A DNA stretch of 64,000 nucleotides, taken from positions 128,001 to 192,000 of IMG/VR virus record IMGVR_UViG_3300045988_171772. The stretch is one strand, 5' to 3'. A program made the translations under genes and the position numbers. The stretch's first letter is position 1; every line of letters begins with the position of its first letter. This stretch comes from a virus. Below are positions 56,250 to 64,000 of this stretch, in pieces. Below the pieces are notes generated by a model that saw nothing but the letters and a program-made list of their open reading frames with translations, was not told the origin of the DNA and ran no database searches.

Positions 56250-58238
56250 ATGAAATTTTTGGATGGGGTAGGACCAAATCAAGAGGTCCTACCTTTGAAT
56301 TATCTCTATTTCAATGAAAGGAATTTTAATGCAGATGATGTGTTGACCATCATCTATAAAGACGTAGCTTCTGGAGAGACCAAGGTTCAGAATATCATCA
56401 AACCAGAGATTGAAGTCTGGATCGTAAAATCGGAATATCGAGAAGCTGTTAGATTCAATCGTACCTGGGTAAAGAAGGAGTACCTAGAACCTCATAAAGT
56501 ACGATATAGAAATCGTTATCGGCAAATTGCAAAGATTCTTGGATTGCAGGATGAAGACATTGATCTTGCAAAGACAAGCCCATTCGTCTTATTCTCCAAT
56601 CTGGATATCCGAAACTATTATGCCCTTCAATTCATTCACGAGTATAATGTCCCGGATAGTTTTAATTTGAATATTGGCCTCTTCGATATTGAGAATGACA
56701 TCATTGACATTGATCACTTTCCTCAACCTGGTGAGTGCCCCATTAGTCTGATTGCCTTCATCGATGTATCGAATGAGACTGTCTATCAATTCATTCTCGA
56801 ACCTCAGAATCATTCCCATACCATCAATCCAGCTACTGGGGATTATTACGATTACCGGGATCAAGTCCAGCATCTGAAAGAGCATGTCAAGGAATATGTC
56901 CAAGAACTCCATGAGATGTTTGATGAATCCTATGGAGTATTGGAATATCATATTCTCTTCTTAAAGAGTGAAGAGGAGATGATCTCGAAATTCTTTAAGC
57001 TACTGGATGTCTTGAATATCGACTTTGCGGAAGCATGGAACGCCGCATACGATATGTCCAATCTGACCAGTAGACCGGATAAGATTCTGAGTGATCCCAT
57101 TCAACTGATATGCAGTGACAAATTCCTGGCAAAAGAATGTCTCTTTGTAGAGGATAAGAATCCTCTCTTCCATAAGAGAAAGCATACCTGTCAGATTGCT
57201 CATCCAACTGTCTTTATTGACCAAATGGTCATCTATGCAGGTTTGCGATCTGCTATGGGTAAGATTCCTTCTCTGAAGTTGAATGTCATTGCACAGAAGG
57301 AGATTGGAGATACAAAACTGGATTATTCCGAAGAAGGGTCTATCAAGGAACTCCCCTATGAGAACTTCTGGAAGTATTGTCTCTACTCCATCAAAGATAC
57401 TCTGCTGCAGCTTGGTATCCATAGAAAGACAGATGATATCTCCTCTGTCTATTCTCGTATGTTGGAAGATGGTCTATTGGCCAATGAGGTATTTACTTCC
57501 ACAATTCAGTTGACAAACTCTCTGTCTACCTTTCTTCTGGAGCATGATTATATCCCAGGAAATAACTTCAATAAATTCAATGATGAGCAGAAGCTCAAAC
57601 AGCAAGCATTCTTCTATGGATCTGGTAACGACATTGCTTCGGACGAGAATGATGCCATGATGAATGCCATGGTAGATCCGGATGATCTGGTGGATACTTC
57701 TGATGATGAGGAAGAAGAGGATGATTCCTCCAAGAAGAAAAAGAAATTCTCTGGTGCCATGGTCCAGGATCCGAATCGAATGCTTCCCACTGGTTTCAAA
57801 ATCAATGGGAGACTCAATTCTCGTATTCATAACAATGTCGGTGACATGGATATCACATCTGAGTATCCCACAGCGATTATTCTCTCGAATATGTCTTCGG
57901 AAACTCTCATTGCCAGAGTCGAATTTGTGGATGATCTCTATGATTGGATCTATGTCAATAAAGGACCGAAATGGATCGAGGAGCATCGCATCGTAAACAA
58001 TGCCATTCGGTTTACTGCAGAGGATATGATGGATTACCGATTCAATCGTCTTCCGATGTATAACTATGACTTCATTGATGAAGATGCTGCCAAGTATAAG
58101 TTGAATATGAGTGACACCATTACCATGCTTATGGCATTTGATGATGTGGTTCACATCGGCACTCAATTCTGCAATCTTCCTGACTATGATGAGTTGGTTC
58201 GGAATAATATGGTCATCACCAGGAAGAAGACTGCATAA
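56250..58238 (+). CDS. family-B DNA polymerase, N-terminal part only (3'-5' exonuclease + motif A)
   Basis: ExoI FDIEND, ExoII AWNAAYDMSNL, ExoIII YSIKDT, then FSGAMVQDP and motif A DMDITSEYPTAI. The ORF ends about 110 aa later with no KxxxNSxYG or YGDTDS motif. Confidence 0.8.
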   Translation: MKFLDGVGPNQEVLPLNYLYFNERNFNADDVLTIIYKDVASGETKVQNIIKPEIEVWIVKSEYREAVRFNRTWVKKEYLEPHKVRYRNRYRQIAKILGLQDEDIDLAKTSPFVLFSNLDIRNYYALQFIHEYNVPDSFNLNIGLFDIENDIIDIDHFPQPGECPISLIAFIDVSNETVYQFILEPQNHSHTINPATGDYYDYRDQVQHLKEHVKEYVQELHEMFDESYGVLEYHILFLKSEEEMISKFFKLLDVLNIDFAEAWNAAYDMSNLTSRPDKILSDPIQLICSDKFLAKECLFVEDKNPLFHKRKHTCQIAHPTVFIDQMVIYAGLRSAMGKIPSLKLNVIAQKEIGDTKLDYSEEGSIKELPYENFWKYCLYSIKDTLLQLGIHRKTDDISSVYSRMLEDGLLANEVFTSTIQLTNSLSTFLLEHDYIPGNNFNKFNDEQKLKQQAFFYGSGNDIASDENDAMMNAMVDPDDLVDTSDDEEEEDDSSKKKKKFSGAMVQDPNRMLPTGFKINGRLNSRIHNNVGDMDITSEYPTAIILSNMSSETLIARVEFVDDLYDWIYVNKGPKWIEEHRIVNNAIRFTAEDMMDYRFNRLPMYNYDFIDEDAAKYKLNMSDTITMLMAFDDVVHIGTQFCNLPDYDELVRNNMVITRKKTA

Positions 58239-58263
58239 GATATAAAGAAAGGTGATTCTGATT

Positions 58264-58974
58264 ATGGCGAAGAAAGAAAAAGATATCGTCACTTCCAAAT
58301 GGAGAAGCTTTGTCTCTATCATCAAAGCATTGGAACCACTGGCAAAAGGAATTGTCAAGACAGATCTGAATGAGATCTTCCTCAATATGAAGGATGGTAC
58401 CTATAAGGAATCCTTTGCTGTCATCCATGACAATGAGATGACTCCCCTCTATCAATGGCTCTGTACCGATCTGGATACCATGCTGGGTCAATTGAAAGAT
58501 AAGAAGATCCAGACTAAGGGAGTTTGGATTGAGGATACGGATACTGAGATCAAGATCTATAAGGATGATGTCTTGGAAGTGACCTTGACAAAGCTTCCGA
58601 TCTTACAAGATCCCTCTTCAAGAAGACTTCAGGCTTATAAAGTCTATAAGAAACTTCCGGAGTATTATGAGCAGCTCATTCATACTCCGGATAAAGAGTG
58701 GATCCCAATCGAAGACAATGCCTTGGAGATGCTGATGGATAAGAAGCCAATCTCTTACACCGTCATCTTCAACAATGTCGAGCAAGAAGTTGGATCTGTG
58801 GATATGATGCTCAGTCCTTCTTCCTTCCCCATGATCAGTAAAGTGATCCATATGGATGTCTGTCTTCTCAATGCAGATCGTGTCAATGAGAAGTATTACA
58901 TTGGCATCCGAGAAGAGTATTCGAACTTCACTCTCTATTCCATCATCGCCATCATGATGGTGGATGACGACTAA
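58264..58974 (+). CDS. hypothetical protein (236 aa)
   Basis: ATG at 58264 lies 8 nt after AAAGGTGA; it is a separate cistron from the polymerase ORF. Confidence 0.7.
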   Translation: MAKKEKDIVTSKWRSFVSIIKALEPLAKGIVKTDLNEIFLNMKDGTYKESFAVIHDNEMTPLYQWLCTDLDTMLGQLKDKKIQTKGVWIEDTDTEIKIYKDDVLEVTLTKLPILQDPSSRRLQAYKVYKKLPEYYEQLIHTPDKEWIPIEDNALEMLMDKKPISYTVIFNNVEQEVGSVDMMLSPSSFPMISKVIHMDVCLLNADRVNEKYYIGIREEYSNFTLYSIIAIMMVDDD

Positions 58975-58983
58975 AAGATTTAT

Positions 58984-59027
58984 AAAGGGTACCCAGAGAC
59001 AGGATTCTGGGTACCCTTTATTTTTTA
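58984..59027 (+). terminator. intrinsic terminator (AAAGGGTACCCAGA / TCTGGGTACCCTTT)
   Basis: 14-bp stem followed by ATTTTTTAC; lies inside the 5' end of track ORF 58964..61498. Confidence 0.65.
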
Positions 59028-59077
59028 CACGAAAACACAGCCTTAAAATGAGCCTTATGGAAAGGAGTGTTTTCCTC

Positions 59078-61498
59078 TTGGCAAGAAATACAAGACAGAC
59101 GGATGAGAAGAGGGCAGCTGATGCAAATAAGAAAGCTTCGAATTTAGACAAAGCCATTACCAAATTTATGGGTTTTGCCGATCCTTCTTATGAGCCTATC
59201 CAAGATATTGTCGATCGAAATGATCGTTTTCAAAAGGTATTAAATCAGCAGAACGATATCATTCATGGTATCTCTGGTGGTTCTGTCGTGGACTTTATGC
59301 AGATGCTGCAGAATGATCCCATGACAAGAAGTTCTCAGTATGGAAACCGTCGGGTGATGACAGATGTCAATCAGATGGATATCACTAGACAGTTGAAGCA
59401 AAGTTCCGGAGATCTCTATGGATATTTTCAAGATATCTATTCCAATAAGTTTGTGGAAATGGCGGATCTTGAATTTATCCGTAAATTTATTCCTGCTTTG
59501 GGTGAAGCGGTTTCTACCACTCAGGATGCAATCGTAGCCTCTGATTCTCTCAATGGTACCATTAGTCGTACCATTGATTTCGATTCGTCTGTATCCGAGT
59601 CTATTCGAAATCAGACGATGAAGGAAATTGAGAAAATTGAAAAGGATCTGAAACTTCAGAAGAAGATCAAGAATGTAATCGTAAAGAATACTTTGGTATC
59701 TGGTACGTATTACATCTATGCGATTCCTTACAATGATCTCTTTGAGAATTATTCCAGAGAAAGAGCGGAAGCAGTTGCCACTGGTACAGGTCAGCAGTTT
59801 GGTAAGATTACGGAATCTTCCACATTTGAGGCCTTTGTCAGTGGAGAAGACTTTCAGGTGAAATTGGATGCTGACTCTGTGGTGGAATCTCTCATGAGTG
59901 GAGAAGATCCTTCAGATAAAATGGAGAATAAAAAGAAATACAAAGAATTCGTATCCTCCATTCAAGAGCATCTTTCCACTGTGAAAATCATTGGCTCTCC
60001 TGTATTGGAAGATCTTCTTCTGGATACAAGAAGTCTAGATAAAGGAGCCATGGAAGCATCTGGCAAACAGGTGACTGTGAATGACCCTTCCTATGTGGGA
60101 GTCTATACCAAGTATTTTGGAAAGACACCTATCACAGGAGTGAATGATGCCGGTGTAGTCAATACTAACAAAGGTGTCGAAATCAATGCCGAGCATGGAT
60201 TCGGACAGACTGGTACCTATGTGAAGTATATCAACCCTCGGAATATGATTCCGATTAAGTTGATGGATGAGACCGTAGGATATTATTATGTCGCAGTGAG
60301 AAAGAGCAATGGTGGTACCCAGAATCAGACGATGAGTCGGAATGGTACTCCCATGATCAATACTCAGTCTGTACTTGGATCTGGTTCTAACAATACCATC
60401 TTTAGCACTGTGAATCTCACAGATGCGAAGAGAACCGCTGTTGTGGATACCATCATCCAGGCTATGACACAGCAGATCATCCGTAGATTCAATAAGAAAT
60501 TCGTCATTGCCAATTCCAACTTTAAGAAGGTCATTGCAGACTGTATCAATTACAATGGGTATATGGATAACGAATATCACATTCAGTTTATTCCTGCTCA
60601 GTATGTAATTGAATTCAAGGTAAATGAAGATGAGAATGAGAATGGAGTCTCTATGCTTCAGAATTCTCTCTTCCCTGCAAAACTTCTTTTGAGCCTTATG
60701 GTATCTCGTCTATTGAATTATCTCAATAAGAGTGCCGATAAGACCTTGGTATATCTGGCAAAAGGACCCATTGATGTTCATACAGGAAATCAGGTCCAGA
60801 GAGTTATTCGGAATATCCAGGAGACCCAGATTACCTTCAGTGATCTTCTTTCTACCAATATGGTCTTCAGTAAGTTTGGAAGAAATCAGAATATGATCAT
60901 TCCGAACTCTAGATCTGGTAAGAGATTGGCAGAATTCGAGACTCAGGAAGGTATGCAAGTGGATATGTCTCCTGAGTATGAGAATAAGCTTGAGCAGATG
61001 GCAATTCTTGGTACTGGTGTGCCGAGTGTCATCATGGAATATATTGGTCAATCTGATTTTGCTAAGGGATTTGAGACAGGCAATATTAAATTTGCCTCTC
61101 ATATTGCTTCGTATCAGATGGACTTTGAGACACCTCTGACAGAATTCTATCAGAAGCTGGTAGAGAATTCTGAATTGTCGGATAGTGTCAAGGATGCTGT
61201 GAGAAATAAGTTTGAATTCCATTTCCCGAGACCCAAAGTGTTGGCTGTCTCGAATAACTCTGAGAATCTGGGTAATCTTCAGACTCTCATGCAGGTCTTG
61301 ATCTCGATCTACTATGGGGAAGATACGCAGTCTATTCCCAAGTATGAGCAGAAGAAGACCAAGTTTATGCAGTTGGCTGCGAGAAAGTATGCTCCGTATA
61401 TCAACTGGGATGAATTTGATGATTTCTTCAAGAAAGCCAATCTGGAAGTGGATGAGAATAAAGTCAACCAAGAGACCAATCGGAGCTCTGGTGTCTAA
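59078..61498 (+). CDS. portal protein (T4 gp20-like), start uncertain
   Basis: FIPALGEAVSTTQDAIVASD resembles the remembered gp20 segment VDNAVSEIVSDAIV. An in-frame TTG at 59078 lies 10 nt after GAAAGGAG and downstream of the terminator. The 806-aa size fits a portal. Confidence 0.55.
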   Translation: MARNTRQTDEKRAADANKKASNLDKAITKFMGFADPSYEPIQDIVDRNDRFQKVLNQQNDIIHGISGGSVVDFMQMLQNDPMTRSSQYGNRRVMTDVNQMDITRQLKQSSGDLYGYFQDIYSNKFVEMADLEFIRKFIPALGEAVSTTQDAIVASDSLNGTISRTIDFDSSVSESIRNQTMKEIEKIEKDLKLQKKIKNVIVKNTLVSGTYYIYAIPYNDLFENYSRERAEAVATGTGQQFGKITESSTFEAFVSGEDFQVKLDADSVVESLMSGEDPSDKMENKKKYKEFVSSIQEHLSTVKIIGSPVLEDLLLDTRSLDKGAMEASGKQVTVNDPSYVGVYTKYFGKTPITGVNDAGVVNTNKGVEINAEHGFGQTGTYVKYINPRNMIPIKLMDETVGYYYVAVRKSNGGTQNQTMSRNGTPMINTQSVLGSGSNNTIFSTVNLTDAKRTAVVDTIIQAMTQQIIRRFNKKFVIANSNFKKVIADCINYNGYMDNEYHIQFIPAQYVIEFKVNEDENENGVSMLQNSLFPAKLLLSLMVSRLLNYLNKSADKTLVYLAKGPIDVHTGNQVQRVIRNIQETQITFSDLLSTNMVFSKFGRNQNMIIPNSRSGKRLAEFETQEGMQVDMSPEYENKLEQMAILGTGVPSVIMEYIGQSDFAKGFETGNIKFASHIASYQMDFETPLTEFYQKLVENSELSDSVKDAVRNKFEFHFPRPKVLAVSNNSENLGNLQTLMQVLISIYYGEDTQSIPKYEQKKTKFMQLAARKYAPYINWDEFDDFFKKANLEVDENKVNQETNRSSGV

Positions 61499-61507
61499 CT
61501 AACACAA

Positions 61508-61568
61508 AAATACCTAGTATGATTCTAGTTTCTATATACTAAGAATCATACTAGGTATTTATTTTGTC
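61508..61568. terminator. bidirectional terminator (AAATACCTAGTATGATTCT / AGAATCATACTAGGTATTT)
   Basis: 19-bp stem between convergent genes. Confidence 0.7.
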
Positions 61569-61569
61569 T

Positions 61570-63279
61570 TTAGCGAATCATGACTTCTTTGCCAGATCCA
61601 TCCATCTTCTTATAGAAGACACTGGGCATATCCTTTTCATCAAGCTTGGTTCCATGGGCAATGCCAATCATCTCACTGGCGCCACCATTGAATCCTTCCA
61701 TGGTGATATGAGTTGTGATCAGAGGATCGTACCCAGCACCATAGATCTTGACATCCATGACAGGGCTGCCCGCATAATGCTCCAAGACAACTTTGTGAGC
61801 TCTTCCATGATAGAAGTCAACCAGACTGGCAATCTTATTCATCTGAGCTTTGTAGCCTTCCATGACTCTCTGCTCCAGAATGGTTTCCTTACGGACATTC
61901 ACAGGAGCATTGAGCTCTTTCAGAGTAGACTGCATAGACTCGATAGCAGAAGACAGAGCCTGATGAGACTTATCGAAGTAGGGATCATCTGTAGGAATAG
62001 ACTGATTCAGCTTGGTCAGATTTTCAATCCCAGATTCCAGAGCATCAATCTTCTCATACTTGGTCATATTGAACCGAGGACGAGAATTCCGAATGGTCTG
62101 AGCCACAGAGGAAGCAACAATCGTCTTCATATCGTTATACTTTCTCTGGATGGGATTGTAAGCCTCTGTAACGGCTTTCAGATCCATGACAGAGGGTTTC
62201 ACCAGGTTCATGGTATGCAGAGTCTCGATCATGGTGTAGGCGATAGTCGCATCAACCAGAGCAGACTCAACCACAGTCTTTCTCTCATCCTTATTCAGCT
62301 TCTGAGAGTTAGTATAACTCATCACGAAGTCGAGGGCTCGATCCGGACTGGTTTTGGTAATAAAGGTATCGGGGAGTGTGGATTCCAGAGTGAGATCCAG
62401 AATACGATCCTTAGAGATCTCATCGGTATCCATCAAAGCCACATTCTCTGTAGCCACAATCTGCTCCATAGCCTTATTCAGGATGGAGTTGAAGAAGGAT
62501 TTGTGCTGGTCAGGTCTCCGAAGAGCACCGCCGGAAATACGAGTAAGAAAAGATTCGGTAGCATCCAAATCGTCTCCATCTTCGTCAGAGGAGTCATCCT
62601 TCTTCTCACCTTTATCTTTCTTTTCGTCTTCCTCGTCCTCTTCATCTTCTGAATCAGAATCTTCCTCTGAATCCTCCTCATCCTCGTCTTCCTTGGATGT
62701 ATCCTCTTCATCGGTATCTTCCTCATCTTCCATACCATCATCAGAATGATCAAATTCTTCATCCTGAGATGCGATGGCTTCTTTCAGAGCCTGATTGACC
62801 TCGTCATTCCGAGCACGTGCTTCACGCTCTTCATCCAGAGTCTTCAGCACTTTCTCTTTGACGATTTCAGCAACACGATCGAGATCCAGCTTGTCAGCCT
62901 TCTCGACGTATTCCGCATACTCCTTCTTATCCAGAGTAGGCGCTACCATATCTTCTCTAGCAATTTCTTTCTTGCCAGAGGAAACACGGGAGATTGCACG
63001 ATTTGCCGTTTCCAGACAAACGTCCCGCATATCAGAGAGGAACTGTTTCTTTGCAGGATCCTTCTCATTATTCATTGCGTATGTCAGAGTATCAAAGCCT
63101 CCGAAGCTCTCAACCACTTTCAGAGTGTACTCCGCAAGAGTCCGCTCATTTTCTTCACTCATGTCGAGACGATTGAACGGAAGAGCATCCATGAAGGCCT
63201 CATTGACAATCGCAGCGAAGGTCGTGTTGAGAAGCTTATAAGAAGCGGAGCTTTGATAGACAGCATTATTGATCTTCAT
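61570..63279 (-). CDS. hypothetical protein with about 70-aa poly-D/E central tract (scaffold or internal-protein-like guess)
   Basis: AAAGGAGA SD; long ORF. Confidence 0.7.
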   Translation of the reverse strand: MKINNAVYQSSASYKLLNTTFAAIVNEAFMDALPFNRLDMSEENERTLAEYTLKVVESFGGFDTLTYAMNNEKDPAKKQFLSDMRDVCLETANRAISRVSSGKKEIAREDMVAPTLDKKEYAEYVEKADKLDLDRVAEIVKEKVLKTLDEEREARARNDEVNQALKEAIASQDEEFDHSDDGMEDEEDTDEEDTSKEDEDEEDSEEDSDSEDEEDEEDEKKDKGEKKDDSSDEDGDDLDATESFLTRISGGALRRPDQHKSFFNSILNKAMEQIVATENVALMDTDEISKDRILDLTLESTLPDTFITKTSPDRALDFVMSYTNSQKLNKDERKTVVESALVDATIAYTMIETLHTMNLVKPSVMDLKAVTEAYNPIQRKYNDMKTIVASSVAQTIRNSRPRFNMTKYEKIDALESGIENLTKLNQSIPTDDPYFDKSHQALSSAIESMQSTLKELNAPVNVRKETILEQRVMEGYKAQMNKIASLVDFYHGRAHKVVLEHYAGSPVMDVKIYGAGYDPLITTHITMEGFNGGASEMIGIAHGTKLDEKDMPSVFYKKMDGSGKEVMIR

Positions 63280-63351
63280 TGCTATCCGTCTCCTTTATTT
63301 GGAATGTGTGGAAATAAAATCGTTATTTACGTGTTTTAAACCTGCTCCACA

Positions 63352-63600
63352 TTAGAGGTACTGAGCTACTTCAGAAGAAGGATCAATCTCGACTCCATAC
63401 TTATTGGCAGCTTTCTTAATGCGAGAAGCAAGAGCGCGTTTCTTACCAGGAGGTGCTTTATGGAAATATGAGATAGCAGATCTCACATGGGCAGCATCCG
63501 TAAGAGGATACTTTCTCAATTCAGGAATCCCAAACTGAGAATCCTTCAATTGATTTCTCTCTTTGGTAGAGAGCTCTGCTTCCATGATATCGTAATTCAT
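63352..63600 (-). CDS. hypothetical protein (82 aa) with RKYP..D..HVRSA motif
   Basis: GAGGTGA SD upstream of ATG. Confidence 0.65.
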   Translation of the reverse strand: MNYDIMEAELSTKERNQLKDSQFGIPELRKYPLTDAAHVRSAISYFHKAPPGKKRALASRIKKAANKYGVEIDPSSEVAQYL

Positions 63601-63614
63601 AAAGAAGCTTCACC

Positions 63615-64000
63615 TCACTCTTCCAACATGGTGATCTCAATAGAGGTCACCAATTCGTAATTCTCATTCGAAGTATCGATGTTGATAAACTCAGGCACAT
63701 ACTCGTTATAACCCAGATCACGAATCTTAGTCGTGAAGTTCGATACGATCTTCTGTGCAGAGCTATCATAGTCATTGAATCCATAATACTCCATATAGAG
63801 AATTTCATCAAAGTTGGCTTTGCAATCTGCAATGAGGTTCATCATGTAGATCGAGCGACCCTCATTCTCAATCTCATTGACAGACTCAATGTAATTCTTG
63901 ACCCAAGCAGAGAATCGCTTTCTAAAGTCAGCCTCAGAAGACAGAGTATCTAGCTTGATACCAAACTTGAGAGTGCAGTTGACATGATCGAGATCTTTCC
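63615..64000 (-). CDS. hypothetical protein, 5'-truncated by the window edge
   Basis: The reading frame stays open from 63615 to the window end; the track shows only the internal Met at 63845. Confidence 0.55.
   Translation of the reverse strand, partial: KDLDHVNCTLKFGIKLDTLSSEADFRKRFSAWVKNYIESVNEIENEGRSIYMMNLIADCKANFDEILYMEYYGFNDYDSSAQKIVSNFTTKIRDLGYNEYVPEFINIDTSNENYELVTSIEITMLEE

Noticed and set aside
1-64000. Stop-codon reassignment (TAG or TGA recoding) as seen in some large gut phages
   Set aside because: All recognisable genes are intact under the standard code, apart from the terL interruption, which looks like an intron. None of the three tRNAs has a stop-codon-reading anticodon.
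1-64000. CRISPR arrays, rRNA genes, integrase/transposase or IS elements, long tandem DNA repeats
   Set aside because: None were seen. The repeats in the lysins are at protein level only, and the only DNA-level repeats noticed are short hairpin cores.

Overview
This window looks like a segment of a large, possibly jumbo, tailed-phage genome of roughly 38-42% GC by eye. All calls rest on reading the ORF track and sequence, and family assignments come from remembered motifs with no database search. The host is probably Gram-positive, because the lysins are M23 and GH25 enzymes with SH3b-like repeats. I call about 57 CDS in short alternating-strand transcription units, most ending in clear intrinsic-terminator hairpins.

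Recognisable genes:
- T4-like morphogenesis genes scattered across the window: a gp17-like large terminase, a gp20-like portal, a gp21-like prohead protease and a gp23-like major capsid protein.
- The N-terminal part of a multisubunit RNA polymerase beta-prime subunit, as in phiKZ/AR9-type phages.
- ThyX.
- A family-B DNA polymerase ORF that stops shortly after motif A.
- An M23 endolysin next to a holin-like gene.
- A 1613-aa virion-type lysin with M23, GH25 and about 14 SH3b-like repeats.
- Three dispersed tRNAs: Gly-UCC, Ser-UGA and a Leu-UAA-like gene.

Observations worth a second look:
- The terminase gene is interrupted by an ORF-less element of about 414 nt with group I intron features.
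- Four or five GC-enriched, ORF-free islands of 160-1100 nt contain many helices, several bounded by their own terminators. They are candidate large structured RNAs of unknown class.
- The Leu-UAA tRNA has a perfectly palindromic anticodon arm that cannot form the canonical 5-bp stem with a 7-nt loop.
- Many genes are strongly depleted in TTA, CTA and TCA codons. This produces stop-free, codon-aligned antisense ORFs up to 533 codons long in an AT-rich genome.
- A riboswitch-like leader with a terminator precedes a baseplate-like gene.

I saw no CRISPR array, rRNA, transposase or integrase.
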